This document shows, one piece after another, positions 36,050 to 64,000 of a stretch of 64,000 bases of DNA. The DNA lies in the NCBI GenBank assembly GCA_963693365.1, contig CAVNZM010000001.1, positions 3,674,907 to 3,738,906 on the forward strand. Direction: 5' to 3'. The position numbers and the translations under genes were made by a program. Source of the stretch: Amoebidium appalachense. Taxonomy: Eukaryota > Protista > Ichthyosporea. How positions within the stretch are numbered: the stretch's first letter is position 1; each line of letters begins with the position of its first letter. The notes beneath the pieces are model-generated. The model did not search any database. It was not told the DNA's origin and saw nothing but the letters and a program-made list of their open reading frames with translations.

Positions 36050-36212
36050 TATATCTCCACATATGATGTCTATTTATTACGTCTTATCTCCACTTGAAAA
36101 AAAATTGCAATGATCCCCTAAAACTTCTATGATGTAAGTGTAACATAGATTTTTTACATGTATCTTGTTGGGTGGAAGTACTGTTGGCCTTGGAGCCGAC
36201 AACTCATCACAG

Positions 36213-36672
36213 AGGGCCCAACCACATCGGCAGAGTCAACTTGCAAAAAGAAGAATTATTCTGCAAAAGCGGAATTATTCTGCAAAAAGCAGAATTATTC
36301 TGCTTTTTCACTCTGCTTCTAGAAGAATCCCTCTGCTTTTAGCAGAATTATTCTGCTTTTAGCAGAATTATTCCGCAAAAAGTAGAATTATTCAGCTTTC
36401 GGCAGCAGAATAATTCTGCTTTTAGCGGAATAATTCTGCTTTTAGCAGAATAATTCTGCTTTTAGTAGATTGATTCTGCTTTTAGCAGATTGATTCCGCT
36501 TATGCAGAATAATTCTGCTTATGCAGAATGATTCTGCTTTTTCAGAATAATTCCGCTTTTGCTGAATAATTCTGCTTTCACCAGAATAATTCTGCTTTTT
36601 ACAGAATAGTTCTGCTTTTTGCAGAATAATTCTACTCGGAGCAAGTTGACTCAGCCGATGTGGTTGGGCCCT
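36213..36672. mobile_element. MITE (copy 2): AG...CT termini, ~32-bp TIRs, 6-bp TSD TCACAG, array of GCAGAATWATTCTGC
   Basis: agggcccaaccacatcggcagagtcaacttgc ... gcaagttgactcagccgatgtggttgggccct; tcacag at 36207-36212 and 36673-36678. Confidence 0.92.
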
Positions 36673-37074
36673 TCACAGCTCACCTACATGTCGTTCATAA
36701 ACAGCACATCCCCCCCCCCCCCCCCCCCCCCCCCCTCCCCGCGCGCAATAACCATCTGACCATTTCTCTAAGAAGAACACCAATTTTTGTACAAAACTAA
36801 TACTGTAACACTTTCAGCAAGCCTTCCTATTTGGTTTCTGCGCCTGACTCAGGCGGCACCCTACAGTATACTAATTAGTATACGTAACTGCACACGTGTA
36901 CATGTTGACCCGAGCCGGGCCAGCGGATCCGGACGGCGGTACCGAATCCCAAATTTTTTTCTATATAGTCTGAGAATGGATATTCTTGCATTCACACACC
37001 TTTGTTTTATTATGGTGGTCTTGTTTTCAGTGCTATGGTCACAGGGCATCTCACGTCAGCTCGTAAGACGAACC

Positions 37075-37128
<54 letters not shown>

Positions 37129-37839
37129 TACCGACCCGAAGCCCTACCCACATTTTCCCTCGTGAGGTGTCCTTTCACTCGCTCCAATTTCTAAGTAATA
37201 TTTCTAACAACTATGAGGTCATAGATACTATGAAACTGTTTAGCTAAGCCCGTGTCACTGTGAAGCAATCAAATATAATGAATGACACGATAAGCATAAG
37301 AAACACGTGTGTGTCTTTATAGAAGTATTCCTCCATAACCAGCCTGAAGGCACAATACTTATAATATGTGCAGTGTAGATAGATGGTGATATCGTGGTGC
37401 ACGCGAATCCCCATGCCTTCTCCTACACTCCAGCCACACACACACATATATATATGTCCGAGCACCTTTGTTTGTTATAAACAAACCTACTTTTGCTGTC
37501 TACTATCAAAACATAAATAGGCTGCTCTCCCTCCGTCTCCTGGACAAAGAGGTACAATGCCAAAACAAAACGGTGCATGATTTCTATTCAAGCATTAAAT
37601 CATTATAATAATGCCACCATCAAGTTGGCAATGTTTTAAAATAGGAAAAAAAGAGAGCTTGGCTATACACGAGCCACTATCAAAAGCACGACCCGCGGGG
37701 AGTGATATAGAATATCACAATCTCAACCACCCACCATAAGAACTAAAGGGAAAAGGTTGCCAGAACACTCAACCCAAAAGCGGTCTGGGTATTGACCAGG
37801 TCTTCACCGTCCCTTCTATTTGATATTGGTTTGTGCAAA

Positions 37840-57254
<19,415 letters not shown>

Positions 57255-58026
57255 CCGCCACCCGCCTTTTGCTTCCTTGGCCATTTTATACGAAGAACAC
57301 CCTGCAGCAAGGCATCAACTAAAAAATAATTCTACAATGGTGGTGTGCGTGTGTGCGAGGAAACAGCAACACACAGGCTACAACCAGAAAGGACTAGTTA
57401 AAGAAAAACCCAAAAACTAGATTCATACTTCTTTTTTAGCAGATAAAAAGCAGACCCGTGTATATATTGATAGTTCCCTCGCACCTTGTGCTTCCCTTCG
57501 TGTGGTGTTGCTTATATGCGGCAAAGAGTATACTTCTGATGCCAGTGGCTGCTATTAGAGTACTATGAATGATGTAGACAACCACATGTATAAAGGCTCC
57601 AACCTAAACCTTGGCCGATCTAAGTTTCATGAATTGTATGTAGTGAGGCTATTTTGTTGACTGCCACGGAGTCATTAAGTGGTGCAGATCTGAACGCTCT
57701 AAAGCTTTCAAGTTCTGTTTCCGAATATTTCTCTCACAGGCTTTCTGCAAACTCTTGCCACTAAACACCTGGCTGAGTAAGACTTTTTAAACAATATTGT
57801 ATGTTGTAGTTGTTGCTGCTTTTTGTCACTCAGCTTTCTCCGTTTTTTCTTCTCCGTGTCTCTCTCTTCTGTTGCACACCAAGACAGCTTACACAGAGAG
57901 CCTCAGTCGTTCCGTGGCCCACAGTGTCTGTGCGCCAAAACGAAAGTAACGAGACTCACTTATCATGGGGGGTTCCTTTTTGAACCCATATTTTCAACTG
58001 ATAGAATAATTATAGCTATTGAAGAT

Positions 58027-58244
58027 TACCAAAATGGTGGGTGTTTTACACTTACCATCTGAGTTATGCTGATCATGGTGGTGAGGTCTTGACCAATAGC
58101 AAGCGACTCGAGTGCTACATGGATCTGTACGAATTTCCCGAAATAGAAAGCAAATCGAACACCGCTATTTATTACCATATAAAGAAAGCGCACCAGGCTC
58201 CGGATACCACCACGCAGCAAGGCACGCAACTTCATGATCCATGA
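58027..58244 (+). CDS. Probable terminal exon of a small gene; weak resemblance to the ubiquitin-like SNRNP25 (U11/U12 25K) C-terminus
   Basis: LPKWWVFYTYHLSYADHGGEVLTNSKRLECY...YYHIKK recalls ISWSYVWRTYHL..GEKL...KKLRDY...FIKK. Candidate upstream exons at ~57740-57777 and ~57883-57945. Confidence 0.3.
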
Positions 58245-58653
58245 TCAGCGTTCCTCTCACCTTGACGGTAGTCACGGCACACGCGGCCACTAGAACGGCC
58301 CCCTGAACACAGAGGGCCGTGTTCAGAGGGCCGTGCCACTAGACGGGCTATTATATACTGAAATGAACAGGCATGAGCAGGTCGTATTCGCGGCTATGCT
58401 ACATGTGCAGCACCTTGGTTCACCAAGAAAATGAGCTGAGCGTTTGGTACAACATTTCCTGCGTGATGTCCAAGAAGCGCAGGGCTCTCTTATAATAGAC
58501 CATTTTGCAATCTTGCTTGTTGCTGGGGCCCATGCCAGGTATCATACACCGCTTATATACCTCAAACGTTTACTTCACCTTCTACACATCCATACTAAGA
58601 GATAGATTAGAAACTAAGAGATAGAAAAGAAACACGTCAAACTACCACGGCCG

Positions 58654-60037
58654 TTACAAACGTGGTTGGTTAGCTACCGGCATAGCCGCCAATGCCTTTC
58701 CTTGCTCTGATTTCGAACACAAAAAGTCACAATAGCTGCAGTCCCTTCTAGTTCTCTTTCTAATCGTTGACTTCTTTAGTCGGTACAATGTGATGCCTTC
58801 CCCTTTTCCTGTCGTGTGCTTGATTGTGCTTACATCGAAATGCGGTTCCAATAAATGCCAGAAATGCTGCTCCTGCTCACTACGTAGTTGGTGTGCCATG
58901 ATGACCCGTGTAGTGGTGCCACACAGAGCGGCTAGGGTCTCCACCAGCGGCTGAAAAAGCTCCTCTATGTAGATGATATCTGCAAGGATTAAGATGAGAG
59001 GGTTTAAATCAGCGGGAAGAAAGTTGACAACAGCACTCTTGGCTGTTAGTGGCTGTTATTATAGGTACGGAAGCAGACATACTGTACGGAGGAAGTACCA
59101 CAGGCAAGCTCCACACACACGTAGAAAGTATTATGATTTTTCCGAGCCCCTCAGCGATCAGTTATCAATCCTTCAAAACATAAGCTTGGCAGAACCACGG
59201 ATGCATTGTGGGGAGAGTTGCCTTTGGGCGTGCACCTGCCGTGCTCTAAATAATAACATGTTCGCGAAAGATTTTCTTCCATCGACTCTACCAGGTAAAA
59301 AGAGTGCAAGCAGCCACCCCAGCCAGCCAACAGCTCGAAAAAAGCAGTGGAAGGTTCTTTCCTACCTGAACCAATTATTACGTCCGGAGTCGAAAACTGT
59401 GAAACGTCTTCCGTACCCCACAGCAGACGCTTTGCCTCACACCGCTGCTTTATATCAGGGTTGAGTTGTATGTTTGCATTCAGCAGCGCTACACCGTCTT
59501 CCTTGTCTGCAACAGAACACAAGGGGACAAGGTAGTAATATGCACAACATCAGAAGTTATGGTGTGGTTTAGCTAAAAGCACTAAAGGTTTTTGTACACA
59601 GATTCACATCGGGAATGTGAAGGCGCAAATTTTGTTCCCACATATTCGAGGTGTCAGTTGTGGTTAGACAGGAGTACAAGGTGGAGAAGGGGAGTGAGGA
59701 ATGGGCTCGAAAATAAGATGAAGACGATGTAAAACAGAGGCACTGGAGGGAGAAGGGGAGTGAAAGGGGAAACAAGGAGGGAAGTATGGATGTGCCTGGG
59801 GTTTTGAGGCTCACCTGTTAGTATTACGCTTTGTGCCCCAAGATAGGCAGCTGCCAAAGCACCCAAGCCGCACCCACTACCAAGCTCGATAATTCTCTTT
59901 CCAGCGATTGTCTTTGGGTTTTTAGCAAAGTACTCGATCATGGTGTGGCATGATGGCCACAGGACGCCAATGACTGGGAGATCATCCCGTTCTTGGTAGT
60001 AGACCGTGTTTGAGATTCCAACGGGGTATTGCTTCAT
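58654..60037 (-). CDS. METTL21-family (Methyltransf_16) protein-lysine methyltransferase
   Basis: Exons 59815-60037, 59366-59506 and 58654-58979 join in phase: VLWPS..GKRIIELGSGCGLGAL..VILT|D..N..LN..LLWG..PDVIIGS|DIIY..LVETL. Confidence 0.9.
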
Positions 60038-61702
60038 TCTGCCTTCTTTCACTTGTATGTTTTAGCTTAGTTATGTCTGCACCTAGTTCAGCAGTCGGTT
60101 GGTTTCATCGAGAGTTTGGAATACGTTGGCGCTGCGTCAGGCTTTCGCACGGTGCGTTGGCTCGTCCACTGCGCTGTGCAACTGTCTTCTTGCTGGTAAA
60201 ATGGTAAGTCTGGGTAGGCTAACGTTAACGGTGCTCAGCTGCCGGGAATCTGCGAAGTGGGGTAATTTTTGCTTGCTTTGAATATACCACTTCGACTTCG
60301 TAAGAAACTCTGCCAGCACGCGCATCGACCTTGGCTTCCACGAAAGATGATACTGCTCAGTGAACAGTGATTTCACAAAGCACGAACTCGTTTGCAGACC
60401 AGCTTTGTGCCACTCCGCTGAAGCGAGCTACTGTACAGGTCTCGGGAGTGCACGTGCGCCGGGATAACGTAATCGCGGATAAAAACGGCGAACACGGCCG
60501 TGGTTGAACAAAACACAAACGCACTTCAAGTCAGTTGAATGTACCGTTATGTATGTAGCACCGTTGGGCAGACCCACATACTGAATGTGTTTTGAAAGTA
60601 TGAGCTTTTACGAAGACTCCGCTTTGACACTTCCAGGGCCGCAGGGACCGATAAAGAAGCAGAACTTTGTACACACAATGCACCTACTGCAGCGATTATT
60701 ATATTAGTTGGCTTTTCAAATAAGGGATATATAAAAACTCAAATTTAAATCTCACAGCAGAACCAAGCCCACCGACTACCAATTTATCCAAAGGTACACC
60801 CTCACACACATGCACCATACGGATGGCAGCAAGCGCCTGCACACACGCACCCGTGCGAGCACACACCCATACACTGAACACACATCACACCTACAAGCAC
60901 CCACAAAGTACACAGTAGCTGTTAGACAGTACCATTGCATATGACGATGGGGCTGTGAATTCTAACAGGCCTCTAGATCTTGCTGTGCTGCTGTAGATGA
61001 TATATACTTGCATGTCAGCATCATGGTCAAGGTATCAACACAATTTTGTCTACAGCACAGTACAAATGCACGTGCTCTCAGTGCAGACTTCGCCTGTACT
61101 TGTGTGCCCGAGCTCCACATTGGTGCCATTAGTATCTACACAGCTTGCCTGTTTGGTTTTTCTTTTTTTTTGCGTGAAAGCTAGTCGTGCACATCAACCG
61201 TCTCAAGGTGAACAGTCCCACCCACAGCAACTTCTGTAAAAAATATAACCTTGGGCCTGTTCTGGCCCCTCTACTCGGACCCCCCCCCCCCCCCCCCCCC
61301 CCCCCCCTTTTCTGTTCAAGGGACACACGTGAGTTGGGTTTCGTCGACGTGGCAAAAAGCTGGATCTGTTTTAAACTTTTAAACTTAACTGCTTGATGCC
61401 CTCTTTATTTGGTTGCAGCACCAAGTAGTCAGTAAAGCACAGAACATGATTCAGTTGCTTCTGTGCTTAGCGTCTAGCACCATACAAACACATACCATGA
61501 TCACCAAATTTAAAAGCAACACAAGGTCCCTGAGTGTGAGTGACTGTGTGTGTGTGTGTGTGTGTGTTGGGGGGGTGGGGGGAAGGGGGGGAAAGGGGGG
61601 AGGGGGGAGGGGGGGCGGGGGGATTGGTGCACGCGCCTGTATGGACCAGAAATCAAAGAACATTTAGAATTATTGTTTAATGCAGGGCCAGAGCAACCAA
61701 TC

Positions 61703-61745
<43 letters not shown>

Positions 61746-62047
61746 ACCTCTCCCCCCGGCCCGCTCCCTCCCTCCCTCCCTCCCCCTCTCCCTCCCAAAT
61801 ACCTACCTACCGAGACACCCAACCCCACCACCTGGTCCAGAATCAAACACAAAAAAAAAAAAAAAAGAGAGAAGAAATACAAATCAAACCGTTAAACGAA
61901 CTCACCCAGTCCCTCCCCAATACACACCATACAATTGATATGTTTGGTCCACTAGGCCCACATGAATACCCCCACGCTGTATTACCCTGCCTGCATCCAT
62001 ACCCATCCCACCACACCCACACTAATTTAATCCCCTGCATGAGCTAA

Positions 62048-62284
62048 TCACAATAGACCCTTCTGCTTTTTGTATTCGGCCAATCGCATTGCTCGCTTGG
62101 CCGTCACCCCCGCCCCATTGACCAATAAGCCTGTGCCCTGATTGGCTGACACAACTGGCAGTTGCTGCTGCGGCACCTGGGGCACTGTGTGTGTGTGTGT
62201 GTGTGTGCGTGTGTGCGCGCGTGCGTGCGTGCGCGCGTGTGTATTGGCAGAGGCGATGGTGGTGGCAGATGACAGATGGGGAAA

Positions 62285-62327
<43 letters not shown>

Positions 62328-63707
62328 GTGCACATGTCTGGAAGATCTAGTAGAAAAAGCACCACACAACAATTGCAGAGGATGGTCACCATTTTGACAG
62401 TGCTCTCTGTAAGGTACGCCCCTGTAGCAACTATTATCTTCTTAGGCCACAGCAAGGACACGTGGGAAGAAACACTGCCAAGAGAGGGACTGGGCATTAA
62501 GCATGCATGTTTGCAAAACAAGCACGAAGCCATTCAGTGGACGAACGTGGTGCAGAAGCGCATGTTTCCACTCGTGCGCCTGCATGAGTAGTGTGGTGTG
62601 CGTGCATCAGGTGTGTGCATGTGTACAAGTGCACCGTCAATTTGACAGTTGTGGCAAAAGTGTGTGTGTGCCTGTGTGGACGTGGATATGCGTCTTTATG
62701 CACGTGCCATAGCATTCTAGATGTGCATGTGCATGTATGCATGTCTCTGTGCATGTGCATGTATGCATGTCTCTGTGCATGTGCATGTATGCATGTCCTG
62801 TGCATGTCTCTGTGCATGTGCATGTATGCATGTCTCTGCATGTGCATGTATGCATGTCTCTGTGCATGTGCATGTCTGCATGTCTCTGTGCATGTGCATG
62901 TATGCATGTCTCTGTGCATGTGCATGTATGCATGTCTCTGTGCATGTGCATGTATGCATGTCTCTGTGCATGTGCATGTATGCATGTCTCTGTGCATGTG
63001 CATGTATGCATGTCTCTGTGCATGTGCATGTATGCATGTCTCTGTGCATGTGCATGTATGCATGTCTCTGTGCATGTGCCCGTGTGCCCGTACGTTTTGT
63101 CAGGTCGATGTCCAGGCCGATGTCGAAGTCATGCATTCTGATGACGTCATTTGCATCGATGCTCTTGCGCCGCATGCGCTCGGCTGCACGTGGCTCCCAG
63201 TCAGTGCCAGCCCCCCTGCCCACCCATCCACACACATGCATTCCTCCCGTCCCCCCCTCCCCCTCCCCCCCCCCCCCCCCCCCCAATTTTTTATATCATC
63301 ATCCCCCCCTTTGCCCGTCATGATTTATAACAGCCCCCCGCAAAACTCTTATTCATGACATCCCCCCCTCCCCCCCTTCCCCTCTAATCCTCATGACCCG
63401 TAATTCATGAAACCTCGCCCCCCTTTTCTCCCGAATCTACAACCCCCCCCCCCCCCCCCCCCCCCCCCTACCCCTTCCCCCTTAATCAATAACATCGCCC
63501 CTCCCCTCCAATCTATATCATCCCCTAGCCCCCCCCCCCCCACCCTCCCCCCCAAAAGAAAAACAAACAAACAAAAAAAAAAGTATACACGCACCTTCGT
63601 CCTGCTTCCTCTCCATCTCCTGCCTTGTCTTCTTCTCAGCCAGGTCTCTCTTTCTCTCGTCCTCTGCTGCCTTCTGCTGCTCCTTGGTCGGTGGCTTGGT
63701 GATCACC
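62048..63707 (-). CDS. RTF1: 3' exons of PAF1 complex subunit RTF1 (gene continues beyond the window)
   Basis: Exons 63595-63707, ~63094-63184 (HDFDIGLDIDL) and 62048-62184 (KRAMRLAEYKKQKGLL*) match the RTF1 C-terminal HDFD..IDL and L..YKK..GLI motifs; phases are compatible. Confidence 0.8.
62721..63079. repeat. 26-bp minisatellite (gcatgtgcatgtatgcatgtctctgt)
   Basis: About 13 near-perfect copies in an RTF1 intron. Confidence 0.92.
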
Positions 63708-64000
63708 CTGCAACATAAACTCGGTGTCAGAGGGGCCAAAGGGGATGGACCATGCACACACAATGCTCAAAATATGCTCACGGACACACGAAGCACTCAA
63801 ACCATGCTCATGTTATGATCATGCACCCATGCACGCAGGCATAAGTAATTCTCATTTCTCCCCGCAAAAGCCCTAACTGAACCAAAACATAACGCATCCG
63901 CACGGCAAGACCTGGCCGCAGTGTACACCCAAATAGCACGTGGTTACGGGGGGGTACATCCGCAAACACGTATGGGGGGTGCACGTACATGAAGGGCTGG

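Noticed and set aside
36240-36640. CRISPR-like array of palindromic repeats
   Set aside because: The linkers are only 3-7-nt A/T runs rather than unique 25-45-nt spacers, there are no cas genes, and the array is enclosed by TIRs and a TSD.

Overview
Eukaryotic, intron-rich genomic DNA, probably from a unicellular opisthokont (inferred from gene content; the taxon cannot be fixed from this window). Introns are packed with (CA)n/(GT)n, (GA)n and poly-G/poly-C tracts, so most ORFs in the supplied track are low-complexity artefacts. Hand-spliced genes, all on the minus strand: a PHACTR/Bni4-type PP1-targeting protein (464-6207), an Agd3-like polysaccharide deacetylase (12503-17923), a ~20-exon STE20/GCK kinase fused to a myosin-tail-like MyTH4 region with no motor domain (37840-57254), a METTL21-family methyltransferase (58654-60037) and the 3' end of RTF1 (62048 onward). 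Mobile DNA: a 5'-truncated non-LTR retrotransposon (RT, RNase H, CCHC; 13-bp TSD; 23976-33499) with a young, intact Ty1/copia element inserted in its RT QGxxLSP motif (27961-32893; 5-bp TSD). There is also a 170-bp 3' fragment of a related LINE (16-bp TSD) and two MITEs with 6-bp TSDs and arrays of a 15-bp palindrome. A five-copy non-coding, highly structured element always sits between poly-G runs; it and the kinase-MyTH4 fusion are the best candidates for something undescribed. Homopolymer lengths look unreliable, since several frameshifts fall in G/C runs.
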